Below are positions 20,655-31,459 of a stretch of DNA of 64,000 bases, one piece after another (positions within the stretch are counted from its first letter, which is position 1; each line of letters begins with the position of its first letter). Under the pieces are notes generated by a model, which was given only the letters and a program-made list of their open reading frames with translations, ran no database searches and had not been told where the DNA came from. The position numbers and the translations under genes were made by a program. Source of the stretch: Methanocaldococcus sp. 28A (GTDB lineage Archaea > AGJL01 > Methanococci > Methanococcales > Methanocaldococcaceae); NCBI GenBank assembly GCA_049852185.1, contig CP187540.1; one strand, written 5' to 3'.

Positions 20655-23057
20655 CTAATCAATTTTTAGTCTTTTTAACAGAAGAATTTTAATTTCATCT
20701 TCAAGTAACATCCAAGCATGGGCAAATACCCACATAAATAAAGCTAAATTCCATCCAATTGGTGCCATAAATATTCCTTCAGCAGCCACTATAGTTCCTA
20801 TTATGTTTGTTCCCATAACTCCCCAAAATAGCCATTTATTTGGATATGGCTTTTTATAAAATCTATCTCTAATTCTTGTAACAAATATAGTAGCATGTCC
20901 TGCTAATATCAACTTTAAAAATACAAAGCTTTGCAATTCTGCAATTGTTAAATGTAAGAAAACATCTGCTATGTAGAATATTAAGAATGAACCTACGACA
21001 CCACTAAATCCCAATATAGTAGATATAATTAGAATCTCTTTCATTTTCCATTTTGCAGGATATTTTGGCTCAATAACATTGTCATAAGCTATTGCCAATA
21101 TGGGAATATCATTTAAGATTGCTAAAAGCACAATCATCAAAGCAGTTATTGGATATATTCCTAAGATTAATATACAGAGCTCAACAAAAAATAAGATTCT
21201 TATTGTCTCAGTAATTCTATAAATAACATAACTTTCCATTCTTTGAAATATTCTTCTCGCCTCTTGAATGGCATCAACAATAACAGAGATTCCTGGAGAT
21301 AATAAGACAATATCAGCAGCAGCTCTTGCGGCATCTGTTGCATTAGAAACTGCAATCCCACAATCAGCTTTTTTTAAAGCTGGAGCATCATTAACTCCAT
21401 CTCCAGTCATTGCTACCATATGGTTTTTCTTTTGCAATGAATCAACAATCTTATATTTATGCTCTGGAAATACCTCAGCAAATCCATCTGATTCTTCAAT
21501 AATATCAATAAATTCCTCTTCTTTAATTTCTCCTCTTTTTAATTTTTTCAACAATTCACTTATAGATATAATTTTGTCTCCAATTCCAAGCATCTTTGCA
21601 ATATTTTTTGCTATTGCTATATGGTCACCAGTAACCATCTTTATTTTAACTCCAAGTTCTTTAATCTTCTTAACTGCCAAAGGTGCATCTTCTCTTGGAG
21701 GGTCGTACAATGGAATTATTCCAACAAAGTACCATTTATTATTTTTATATACAGCTACACCTAAAGCTCTATAACCATTTTCAGCAAGTTTATTAACTAT
21801 TTCATTCACTTTCTTTCTTAAATTTTCATCTGCATTGCATAAGTCTAATATAACTTGAGGAGCCCCTTTTGAGACTTTAAACTCCTCTCCATTTGTAACA
21901 TCTGCTTCTGTCCTTTTAATAACTGGGTCAAAGGGTATGAATTTTTTTATTTTATATTTTTTTATTTTTTCAATTAAACCCAATTTTTTAGCCTCATTTA
22001 AAATTGCAGTATCTATAGCATCAGCATCTTCCTCTCTTGATGCCAAAGCAGCATATAAAATAACATCCTCCTTAGTAAAATTATTTAGAGCTATTATCTC
22101 TCCACATACGAGTTGATTTTTTGTCAAAGTTCCAGTTTTGTCTGAGCAGAGAATATCAACTCCTGCCAACTCCTCAATAGAAACAAGCTTTTTTACTATG
22201 ACATCTTTCTTTGCTAAATTTAATGCCCCTATAGCCATTGTTATTGAGAGAACAGCAGGCATTGCTGCAGGTATAGCAGAAACAGCCAACACTAAGGCAA
22301 ATTGAGCCGTTTCTATTAAGCTCTTTCCTCTAAATAACTCAACGGCAACCATTATTGCTATTAAAACAACTGACAAAATTATCAAATAGTTTCCAATATT
22401 AACAATCATCTTTTGATAAGAACTAACTTTTCCTGCCTTTTCAACCAACTTAACAGTTTTTCCAAAGTATGTATTTAGAGCAGTAGCTTTAACCACTCCA
22501 GTCATTTCTCCCTTTTTAACAATAGAACCAGAATAAGCAATATCCCCTATTTTCTTTTCTACTGGCAAACTCTCTCCAGTTAAGGCGGATTCATCCACAA
22601 CTAAATAATCCCCTTCGACTAATATTATATCAGCTGGAACAATATCTCCAATTCTTACTCTAATAACATCTCCTGGCACTAATTCTTTTGCTAAAATTGT
22701 TTTCCACTTTCCATCTCTTAAAACTCTTGCATTTAAAGCCATTTTTTGTTTTAAATATTCTATAACATTCTCTGCTTTATGTTCTTCCCAAAAACCTACG
22801 ACTCCATTAACAATTAATAAAATTAAAATTATAACAAAATCTACCCAGTGTTTGATTATAGCTGACAAAATAGCTGCTATCTCAATCATCCAAGCAATAG
22901 GATTCCAAAAGTATGATAGAAATTTGATTATTGGATGTACTTTCTTTTCTGGGATTTCATTATAACCATAAATTTTTAATCTTTCTTTTGCCTCTTCTGT
23001 AGATAATCCAGTTCTCAAAGAGGTTTTATATTCTTCTTCAATTTTTTTGATGTCCAT
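20655..23057 (-). CDS. P-type ATPase, plasma-membrane proton pump (IIIA) type
   Basis: LTGES, IPAAMP, CSDKTGTLT, KGAPQ, TGDGVNDAPA, AILND. Confidence 0.95.
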   Translation of the reverse strand: MDIKKIEEEYKTSLRTGLSTEEAKERLKIYGYNEIPEKKVHPIIKFLSYFWNPIAWMIEIAAILSAIIKHWVDFVIILILLIVNGVVGFWEEHKAENVIEYLKQKMALNARVLRDGKWKTILAKELVPGDVIRVRIGDIVPADIILVEGDYLVVDESALTGESLPVEKKIGDIAYSGSIVKKGEMTGVVKATALNTYFGKTVKLVEKAGKVSSYQKMIVNIGNYLIILSVVLIAIMVAVELFRGKSLIETAQFALVLAVSAIPAAMPAVLSITMAIGALNLAKKDVIVKKLVSIEELAGVDILCSDKTGTLTKNQLVCGEIIALNNFTKEDVILYAALASREEDADAIDTAILNEAKKLGLIEKIKKYKIKKFIPFDPVIKRTEADVTNGEEFKVSKGAPQVILDLCNADENLRKKVNEIVNKLAENGYRALGVAVYKNNKWYFVGIIPLYDPPREDAPLAVKKIKELGVKIKMVTGDHIAIAKNIAKMLGIGDKIISISELLKKLKRGEIKEEEFIDIIEESDGFAEVFPEHKYKIVDSLQKKNHMVAMTGDGVNDAPALKKADCGIAVSNATDAARAAADIVLLSPGISVIVDAIQEARRIFQRMESYVIYRITETIRILFFVELCILILGIYPITALMIVLLAILNDIPILAIAYDNVIEPKYPAKWKMKEILIISTILGFSGVVGSFLIFYIADVFLHLTIAELQSFVFLKLILAGHATIFVTRIRDRFYKKPYPNKWLFWGVMGTNIIGTIVAAEGIFMAPIGWNLALFMWVFAHAWMLLEDEIKILLLKRLKID

Positions 23058-23182
23058 AAATATCCCCTATATGTGGAAAAATAATAAATTAAAAAATATA
23101 GACTTCTAAAAGTATCTAAAAATTTATTAATATAATATATGTTGAATGTTCTATTTATATATTTATGCAAAATAAGCTAAAC

Positions 23183-23847
23183 TGTGGTATCCCAAAAATA
23201 TTTCGCATCTATAAATAATAAAAAAGATAACATAAATAATATGGGCGGTGTAAAACTTGACGATAAAAAGATTAAGGAAATTATTAGATGGAAGGAGAAG
23301 GGATTTAAAACGAGAGATATTGCTAAGAAGTTGGAGATATCCACTCGTAAAGTTCAGCAGATATGGAAAGAATATCGAGAGACTGTAGAAATCCCAAATA
23401 TAAAGCGTAAAGGTCGAAACCCGAGAGAAATTACTCAGGAAGAGATAGATATTGTCCTTAAAGCAGTCGAAGAATATAAGGGAACAAGCCCAGTCCATTT
23501 GGAGCATTTTATCGAACGTAGGTATAATATACATATTCCACATAATCGTATATATACTATACTGAAACAATATGGTAAAATACAACCTAAATAGGAAAAG
23601 TTGAACGGATAAATAGAGAGGTGAGTATCGACTAAATAGATTTGATAGTTTAGAAGAGTTCGTAGATTGAATGAAATCACTAATGTGATTTCATAGCTCT
23701 TCACTACGCTCCAATTGAAATAATAAAATAAAACCACATCGTTCTTTAGATTATAGGACTCCTTATGAAGTTTATTTCGGAAATATAGTTAATAATATGG
23801 AGGTAATTTCATGAATTATAATTGCGAAATAATTTCAGGATACCACA
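23183..23847 (+). mobile_element. IS481-like element with internal deletion (non-autonomous)
   Basis: 25-bp TIRs TGTGGTATCCCAAAAATATTTCGCA / TGTGGTATCCTGAAATTATTTCGCA with TGT...ACA ends. HTH region is joined directly to a GKVER fragment; the DDE core is missing. Confidence 0.85.
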
Positions 23848-23866
23848 CTGAATTTGGAGGGAGATT

Positions 23867-25707
23867 ATGAAAAAAATGCTAGCTTTGCTGTTAATAATAT
23901 TTCTTTTAAATTCAGCTTTTGCAGTAATTATAAAAGCTCCAGCTGTGTCTTTGACAGATGTAGGATATATTGGAGTTCCAATAAATATACAAATAAATGT
24001 TACTAAAGGAGATGGGCACGTTTTCATGGATACTATGCCCTTAACTGAATTAGACATGCAGGGCTCTGCAAGAATCGCTGCAAGAGTGGCAGGAGAAGTA
24101 ACAGGAAAAGACATAAACAAATACAATACCTACATTATTGTTAGAAGTGATGTTCCAGTTATTGGAGGGCCATCAGCAGGAGGAACAATGACTATAGGTA
24201 TTATCTGTGCATTAATGAACTGGACTATAAATAAAAATGTTATGATGACGGGTACAATAAACCCGGATGGTAGTATTGGTCCAGTAGGGGGAATTTTGGA
24301 AAAAATAGAAGCAGCTAAAAAAGCAAATTGTACAATTATGCTAATACCAAAAGGGCAGAGGTATATTGAAGTAGATGGTAATAAAGTAGATGCAGTGGAA
24401 TTTGGTAAAAAATTGGGGATTAAAGTTATAGAAGTAGGAAGTATTTATGATGCAATTCCTTACTTTACTAATAAAAAAATTGTTATGAAAGAATATCCTA
24501 AAAATCCAATTATTGAGGATAAATACCAAAAAATAATGAAACATTTATGTGAAGACATCTTAAAATTGGCAAATAAAAAGTATGAAAATGTATCCAAAGA
24601 ATTGAATGAAGACTTATATATTATTAATTATGAATATCAAAAAATGTTATCGTCTGAGCTAATAGCTTCAAAAACCTTATTAGAGAAAGCTAATCAAGAA
24701 TATATAAAGCTAATCAAGAATATATTAATAATAAATATTATTCTGCAACATGTTCAGCATTTAATGCATTAATTAAACTTGAAACTATTGAACATACCCT
24801 AAAATACTTAACTGGTGAAGAAGATATAAAAAATTACCTTTTAAATGTTCAAAATAAGATAAACTATGATAAAGAAATAGTTTATTCAAAAAATTTAACT
24901 GTAGATAACTTTGAAGAAATATTAGCAGGAAGAGTTAGAATTGCTGAAGCTGAAGAGCTCTTAGACAAAGCTTGGAAGTCTTATTACTTAGGAAATTATG
25001 ACGATGCAATAAAATACGGTAGCTTTGCAAAGTTAAGAGGGGATAGTGCAGTGTGGTGGGTTTCTTTATATGAAAACAATGAAAGTGAAAGAATAAATGA
25101 ATCTAAATTAAAATCTTTAGCTCAGCAGTATTTAGATAATGCTGAAACAATTTCAACTTATGTAGAGACATTATACCCTAACTTAGTTACTGGAGATCTT
25201 GAAAATGATTTAGAATCAGCAAAAAAAGCTTATAATCAGAAAGATTATCTATTGGCAATAGCTAAAAGCATAGACACTTGCGTAAAAGCAGAGATTCCAT
25301 TAGTTATATTTGGGGATATGAAATATTTTATAGAATATTTAAAAAAATATTCAAGAGATAAAATAAACATGGCTGAAAACTTAGGAATAACTCCAATATC
25401 TGCCCTTGGTTATTATGAATATGCAAATAGCTTAGATGACAACATATCAAAGATTATGTATTATAAATATAGCTCATACTATGCCCAAATGGATGTAGAT
25501 GTGGTAAAAGAGTTGAATGAGGTTAATAAAGGAACTAAAGAAAGTTTTGAGAATGAAATTGATATAATTAATACAAATGAAAATATTGTTAATGAAGAAA
25601 CTGCCACAAAGCAAAATAATAATAACATTACCATTATCATATCTACAATAGTTGGAGGACTGATAGGGTTTGTAGGAGGATACTTTGCAAGAAAAGTTTC
25701 TACTTAA
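23867..25707 (+). pseudogene. Secreted/membrane-anchored Lon-type (S16) serine protease, frameshifted by a 20-bp tandem duplication
   Basis: Signal peptide, GGPSAG and GILEK dyad, C-terminal TM helix. Removing one AAAGCTAATCAAGAATATAT unit gives one open frame of 606 aa. Confidence 0.9.
24686..24725. repeat. Perfect 20-bp tandem duplication
   Basis: AAAGCTAATCAAGAATATAT x2. Confidence 0.97.
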
Positions 25708-25720
25708 TTAGACTGTTTCC

Positions 25721-25926
25721 CATTTCCATAGCTTATCATAGTATAACAAATTATCATACAAACTGATAGCTATGGAAATGTGTTGTCCTCAACCCATAGC
25801 TTCATAGAGATTACTAATCTCTCTACTAAGGGTTCATTGGACTTCGGGCTGAACGGATACAGCCCCACAAACCTTATATTATTAAATTATGTTAGCCTCG
25901 AAGGTAGAGCCCTCTCATCAGCCAAT
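25721..25926 (-). ncRNA. Candidate HgcC-like structured ncRNA with K-turn and 3' long hairpin
   Basis: Minus strand ATTGGCTGATGAGAGGGCTCTACC...GGGCTG-TATCCGTT-CAGCCCGAAGTCCAATGAACCC...GGGTTGAGGAC, then hairpin CATTTCCATAGCT.../...AGCTATGGAAATG. AT-rich TATA-like element at ~25941-25953. Family assignment is from recollection only. Confidence 0.65.
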
Positions 25927-25981
25927 AAATTAATATTACCTTTTATATTTTACAATATGCTATAGAAACCAGAAAACTGTT

Positions 25982-26041
25982 TCAAACTCTCTTTTTAATC
26001 TCCCTTGCTATTACCCTACTCAATGTTGGTGGAACACTCTC
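25982..26041 (-). pseudogene. Relic 3' end of a second DNA cytosine methyltransferase gene
   Basis: Encodes ESVPPTLSRVIAREIKKRV-stop versus ESVPPILSRVIAQEIKKRL-stop in the adjacent gene. Confidence 0.85.
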
Positions 26042-26042
26042 C

Positions 26043-26108
26043 TCCGAACCTTTTAGTAAAAGCTTCACTAAAACATAACACCTCCTCGCTTACACTCGGA
26101 GGTGTAAC
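26043..26108. repeat. Short palindromic (REP/MITE-like) element
   Basis: Hairpins GAACCTTTT-AGT-AAAAGCTTC and ACACCTCC-TCGCTTACACTC-GGAGGTGT. A related CTCGCTTAC core is at ~55694. Confidence 0.55.
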
Positions 26109-26110
26109 TT

Positions 26111-27052
26111 TTATAACCTCTTTTTAATTTCTTGAGCTATAACTCTACTTAATATTGGCGGAACGCTTTCTCCAATTTGATTATATTGAGCATCTCTTCC
26201 TCCAAAAAATACAAAATTATCAGGATAGCTCATTAATCTTGCTTGTTCTCTTACAGTTAATAATCTATCTTCATAAGGATGAACAAATCTACTTCTTCCT
26301 TTAACAGTTGGGGCTAACTTATGAGGATGGAGACGATACCAATTAAACATTAGTTTTTTCTTTCCTCTATATCTATATAATGCCTCTCCCCACTTTAATT
26401 TTGATATTTTTTCTATTTTTTCCTTAGAAAGCTTTTTAATCTCATGGTTTTTAGCATCTTTTGGAATATCTTTTAATGCTTCATCAACAACAACGATTTT
26501 ATCTACTTTTTCTGGTTTTAATTTTATATTTGAAATAAACATCCTTGCTCTTTTTGAAGGATTTCCGTAATCTTCAGCTTTCAATATATTAAAATAAACC
26601 TTATGCCCTATATCTCCAAACAACTTTTTTAATTCATCCTTAATTTCTTTAATTTGTGGGACATTTTCCATAACAAATATTAAATCATCATTTTTTTGTG
26701 TAAAGTAATCAACATAATTAATATAGTATAAAACTAACCTACCAATTTTGTCTTTATACAATCTATCTAATGGATTATCTTTAATTAGTTTATTTGCCTT
26801 TGTAAATGGCTCACATGGAGGAGAGCCGATAATTACATCAACTTTCTCATTTTTTATAAATTCATCAAATGCTTTTGGAGGAATTTTCTTTATATCATCC
26901 ATCCACACTGGAGCTTTGATATTGTATAGATAAGTTTTAACTACTGGCTTAAAGTTCTCAATAGCTCCCAAAATTTTAAAGTTTTCATCTAAAAAACCTT
27001 TTGAAAATCCTCCACATCCACAAAATAAATCTATGACATTTATAGTTTCCAT
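26111..27052 (-). CDS. DNA (cytosine-5)-methyltransferase, no adjacent endonuclease
   Basis: DLFCGCGG, GSPPCEPF, ENV, RARMF, RLMSYP, QIGESVPP. Confidence 0.93.
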   Translation of the reverse strand: METINVIDLFCGCGGFSKGFLDENFKILGAIENFKPVVKTYLYNIKAPVWMDDIKKIPPKAFDEFIKNEKVDVIIGSPPCEPFTKANKLIKDNPLDRLYKDKIGRLVLYYINYVDYFTQKNDDLIFVMENVPQIKEIKDELKKLFGDIGHKVYFNILKAEDYGNPSKRARMFISNIKLKPEKVDKIVVVDEALKDIPKDAKNHEIKKLSKEKIEKISKLKWGEALYRYRGKKKLMFNWYRLHPHKLAPTVKGRSRFVHPYEDRLLTVREQARLMSYPDNFVFFGGRDAQYNQIGESVPPILSRVIAQEIKKRL

Positions 27053-27170
27053 AATTTCACCACTAAATAAATTATTAAAAATCTTAATTAAAAAATTATA
27101 TCAAAAAATTAAATTAAAAACTAAATCTCTAAATCTTAACCTTAAAATAAATAAAATAAAAATAGATTTT

Positions 27171-29861
27171 TTATTTTTTATTGTTTATTTTTTTAATGAA
27201 CTCAATAACCTTCTTTTTAATTTCCTCTATCTCTCCGTCATATTTTCCTTGAGCTAAATGCTCTCTTCCCCCTCCTTTAGCAATATGTCTTATAAGTTCA
27301 GCCATATTTATATCAACATTTTCTCCTCTTTTGCATAGTATATTGCCCTTATCATTTAATAATACAACTATATCATTTTCAGTAGCTAAGTTATCAGCTA
27401 TATTCAACATTTCCTTTGGATTTGCTTCAACTTTTTCAACTAAAACTTTGTAATTTCTAATAGTCTCAAACTTATTCATTAATTCAAATTTCTTAAGTTC
27501 TCCTATCTTTTTCTCTAACTCCTCTATTTTCTTTCTTTGTTCTTTCCACTCTTCAAAGAATCTCTTTATAACTTTTGGTAATTCTTCAGTAGGACATCTT
27601 AAAATTTCAGCACTTTCCTCTAAAGTATCTTCCATATTTTGCACAGCTTTTAAAGCACTTAATCCACTTGAATAAATCAACCTCTCTACACCATCTTGAA
27701 CTCTTTCTGTCTTAATTATCTTTATAAATCCAACTTCTCCAGTGTTTTCACAATGAGTTCCTCCACATGCTTGAACATCTACAATATTTCCATTTTCATC
27801 CTCAATAATGAGTATTCTCAAAACATTTCCTGGAACTACTCCTCCTTGATATATTCTAAATCCAAACTTCTCTTCAGCTTTATTTCTATCCATAAATACA
27901 CTTTTTATATTGTAATTATTTAGAACAATTTCATTAGCTATTCTCTCAATTTCTTTCAGCTCTTCTCTGCTTATTCTCTTATAGTGAGTTATATCTAATC
28001 TTGCTTTATCTACATCAACATCTGAACCTGCTTGCCAAACATGCTTTCCTAAAACCTTTTGAGCTGCTGCATTTATAATGTGTGTTGCAGTGTGGTTTCT
28101 CATTAAACTCAACCTTCTATCCCAATCAATAATCCCTTTAATATTATCTCCTTCTTTTAATTCATCATTTAAGTTTTCTATTTTATGATATACAATGTCA
28201 CTTTCTTTCTGCACATCAATAACTCTAAACTTCTTATCTCCTTTTATTATATATCCTGTATCTGCCTTCTGTCCACCTCCCTCTGGATAGAATGCAGTTT
28301 TATCTAAGATTATATAATCATCAACAACCTTTAAGACTTTAGCTTCAAACTCTTTCATTTTTGGATATTTATAAAACAAAAGCTCAGTTTTTTCTACATC
28401 AACTTCTGGCAACTTAACTTTTTCTTTAATTTCTTTTCTGTTTTCGTGCCTCTCAGCAACTATTGTATAAAAGTTATCTGGAATGCTAATATCTTTTCCT
28501 AAAGATTTAGCGACATCTTTAACTATTTCTGGAGGTAATCCATGGCTGTCATACAACTCAATTAGATTATCTAAATCTATGGTTTCTTTACTCTTTAACA
28601 ATCTCTCCACAATTCCTTTTCCTCTTTCAATTGTCTGTCTATACTTTTTAGTTTCAATTTCTAAGATTTCCATAATATAATCTTCCATATCCAATAGCTC
28701 TGGATATAAATCTTTCAAATCTTTTAACTGCATTGCAACAATCTCGGTTATTGGTATTGAGAGGTTTAATCTATCCATGTGCCTTAATGTTTTTCTTATA
28801 AGCATTCTAACTAAATATCCATCTTTAACATTTGACGGAACTATTCCATCTCCTAACATGAAAGCTAAAGCTCTTGTGTGGTCTGCTATTGCATAAATAT
28901 CTTCATAAGGGGCTATTATCATGTCTAATTCATCAACTGGAATATTTACTTTATTAGCAACCTCCTCTCTCAACTTCCTCAAATCTCCAACATCCTTAAC
29001 ATCCATCAAACCAGCAACTTCTGTAATTTTAGCTAATATTTCTTTATCTATATCTTTAACTCCAGCATCTTCCTTCAATTTATTAACAATATTTTTGAAT
29101 ATAGCATCATATATTGTTGGTTCTCCAGTTGAAGCCCAAACAAATCTCTCAATTCCATAACCAGTATCGACTATTTTTAATGGTATTTCTTTATAGCTGT
29201 CTCCAACTTTTTCATACTGCATAAAAACTAAAGTAGCTAATTCAACTCCATGTGTTATTACTTCATAGCATGGCCCAGCATTTCCTCCTCCTTCCCACCA
29301 ACTCTCAATAAATGTTATAGATTTCTCATTAATTCCTAATTTTTTAAAGAAATTAAAACAAAGCTCAACAGTTTCATCCTGCCAATATTTAAAATCATTT
29401 TCTCTATTAAAAGCATGATGTCCTCCCATTGTGAAGCATGTTAAATGCCTTCCTGTTCTTCCAACGTTATCTATATCGTTCAACCTAATACATGGCTGAG
29501 CTATAACTAAAGGATTTGCTTTTGGCTTCACTATTCCCTTAGTAACCCATGGTTGAAATACTGCTATAGAAGCTATTGTTAATAAAATATCATCTCTCCA
29601 TCTTCTTGCAGTTACAGGAGCTCTTTTTATTGGTTCATGCCCATGCTCTTTAAAGAAGTTTATAAATTCATTAACCATCTCTTTATAATCATAAGGCTTT
29701 TTAGTTATTGGTTTTCCTATAAAGGAATAGACATCACAAGGTGCATCTCCACATGTCTCTCTATCTTCATCCAAAGTCCAAAAGTATTGTCCACATTTTT
29801 TACATTTCTTTCTTACAAATCCCAATTCATCAAACAATTTTACTTTGTAATTATGTTCCAT
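27171..29861 (-). CDS. alaS: Alanine--tRNA ligase
   Basis: N-terminal Zn ribbon, [15 protein letters not shown], editing HTATH and CGGTH. Confidence 0.97.
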   Translation of the reverse strand: MEHNYKVKLFDELGFVRKKCKKCGQYFWTLDEDRETCGDAPCDVYSFIGKPITKKPYDYKEMVNEFINFFKEHGHEPIKRAPVTARRWRDDILLTIASIAVFQPWVTKGIVKPKANPLVIAQPCIRLNDIDNVGRTGRHLTCFTMGGHHAFNRENDFKYWQDETVELCFNFFKKLGINEKSITFIESWWEGGGNAGPCYEVITHGVELATLVFMQYEKVGDSYKEIPLKIVDTGYGIERFVWASTGEPTIYDAIFKNIVNKLKEDAGVKDIDKEILAKITEVAGLMDVKDVGDLRKLREEVANKVNIPVDELDMIIAPYEDIYAIADHTRALAFMLGDGIVPSNVKDGYLVRMLIRKTLRHMDRLNLSIPITEIVAMQLKDLKDLYPELLDMEDYIMEILEIETKKYRQTIERGKGIVERLLKSKETIDLDNLIELYDSHGLPPEIVKDVAKSLGKDISIPDNFYTIVAERHENRKEIKEKVKLPEVDVEKTELLFYKYPKMKEFEAKVLKVVDDYIILDKTAFYPEGGGQKADTGYIIKGDKKFRVIDVQKESDIVYHKIENLNDELKEGDNIKGIIDWDRRLSLMRNHTATHIINAAAQKVLGKHVWQAGSDVDVDKARLDITHYKRISREELKEIERIANEIVLNNYNIKSVFMDRNKAEEKFGFRIYQGGVVPGNVLRILIIEDENGNIVDVQACGGTHCENTGEVGFIKIIKTERVQDGVERLIYSSGLSALKAVQNMEDTLEESAEILRCPTEELPKVIKRFFEEWKEQRKKIEELEKKIGELKKFELMNKFETIRNYKVLVEKVEANPKEMLNIADNLATENDIVVLLNDKGNILCKRGENVDINMAELIRHIAKGGGREHLAQGKYDGEIEEIKKKVIEFIKKINNKK

Positions 29862-29926
29862 TTCATCACCTTAATGATTTTTATAAATTAATCTATGATT
29901 TAGATAAGTTATATTTAAATATTAAT

Positions 29927-30024
29927 TAGGACTTCACATTTTATATGTTAAATTTGGAACGTTAATACTTTTCCTTTAGTGCTTATATCCAATAAAATAT
30001 TCCGGTTCTGCGAAAAAGTCCTGT
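29927..30024. repeat. Degenerate MITE family A; a further left end lies at 30113
   Basis: TAGGACTTCACA...TGCGAAAAAGTCCTGT; ATAAGACTTTCGCAGG at 30113. Confidence 0.7.
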
Positions 30025-30260
30025 TATAGTTCCACTATAAATTGACATTAAGATTTTTAAATTTATGTTGTTATTTAACAATTCAAATTTAAAAATTCAA
30101 AAAGTTTTTATAATAAGACTTTCGCAGGAATACGTGTTCTAAAGGCAATTTTTAATGCTACATGGACCATTTTTTCATCAAATATGTAAACTCCATAATA
30201 TTCTAAATAAATGTTATATTTCAATAACTACACCACAAAAAAGCTTAATGGTGGATAATT

Positions 30261-30944
30261 GTGTCAAATGAAGAGTTAAAATTAAAAGTAGCTAAAGAAG
30301 CTGTGAAGTTAGTTAAAGATGGGATGGTTATTGGATTGGGGACTGGTTCAACAGCAGCTTTATTTATCAGAGAACTTGGAAATAGAATTCAAGATGAAGA
30401 ACTAACTGTATTTGGAATCCCTACATCATTTGAAGCCAAAATGTTGGCTATGCAATATGGAATACCATTAGTTACCTTAGATGAATATGATGTAGATATT
30501 GCATTTGATGGCGCTGATGAAGTTGAAGAAAAGACTTTATTTTTAATAAAAGGTGGCGGAGGTTGTCATACTCAGGAGAAGATAGTAGATTACAACGCAA
30601 ATGAATTTGTAGTTTTAATAGATGAAAGTAAATTAGTTAAAAAATTGGGAGAAAAGTTTCCAATACCTGTAGAGGTTTTACCTTCAGCGTATAGAGTGGT
30701 AATTAGAGCTTTATCAGAAATGGGAGGAGAAGCTGTGATTAGATTGGGAGATAGAAAAAGAGGACCTGTTATAACAGACAATGGAAATATGCTTATAGAT
30801 GTGTTTATGAAAAATATTAGTGACCCTATAGAACTTGAGAAAGAAATTAATAACATCCCTGGAGTAGTTGAAAATGGTATCTTTACAAAAGTAGATAAAG
30901 TATTAGTAGGGACAAAAAAAGGAGTAAAAACCTTAAAGAAATAA
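30261..30944 (+). CDS. rpiA: Ribose-5-phosphate isomerase A
   Basis: GLGTGST, DGADEV, KGGGG, TDNGN. Confidence 0.97.
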   Translation: MSNEELKLKVAKEAVKLVKDGMVIGLGTGSTAALFIRELGNRIQDEELTVFGIPTSFEAKMLAMQYGIPLVTLDEYDVDIAFDGADEVEEKTLFLIKGGGGCHTQEKIVDYNANEFVVLIDESKLVKKLGEKFPIPVEVLPSAYRVVIRALSEMGGEAVIRLGDRKRGPVITDNGNMLIDVFMKNISDPIELEKEINNIPGVVENGIFTKVDKVLVGTKKGVKTLKK

Positions 30945-31169
30945 TCTTTTTTTATTTTTACCTAACCATAGTTTCCATCAAATGTATATAAACATATATA
31001 ATAATATAAACATATATAATAGAAGACATAATAAGGATGTGAAAATATAAAAAAATCAGATATACCAATAATTAAGTGTTTAATAAAGCTTATACGAGCG
31101 AAATTTTACCCGATAGTAGAGGGATATAAATCACCCTATAATCCGCAGGGAAAAATATTTCTATTAGAC

Positions 31170-31289
31170 TTAGAGTTGTGTGCAAAATGCAATAAACTTT
31201 TATAATGATAATTTGAATGCCTTCTATAAGGAAGACCTTCTAAAATTAATACCTTATTTTATTTAAAATAGTTTTGCACACAACTATAA
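31170..31289. repeat. MITE family B; a family A right end follows at 31402-31416
   Basis: GTTGTGTGCAAAA...TTTTGCACACAACTATAA. Confidence 0.85.
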
Positions 31290-31459
31290 TAATCTTTTCG
31301 GTTTTGGCAATGATGTATTTTTCAGATTTGGTTATAGTTATATATAATACTCAGTTGTGCATATTTAATGCATATTCGTAGATACTTTATAATATTTATA
31401 CTGCGAAAGTCCCTATATTATTTTATTATTATTAAATATTAATTATATTAATAAATAAG

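Noticed and set aside
25841-25926. CTGATGAG...CGAA on the minus strand, suggesting a hammerhead ribozyme
   Set aside because: GAA is followed by G and then directly by the closing stem; no stem III or UH cleavage site can be built.
26111-27052. Complete restriction-modification system
   Set aside because: No endonuclease gene is adjacent; the methyltransferase follows alaS as an orphan.
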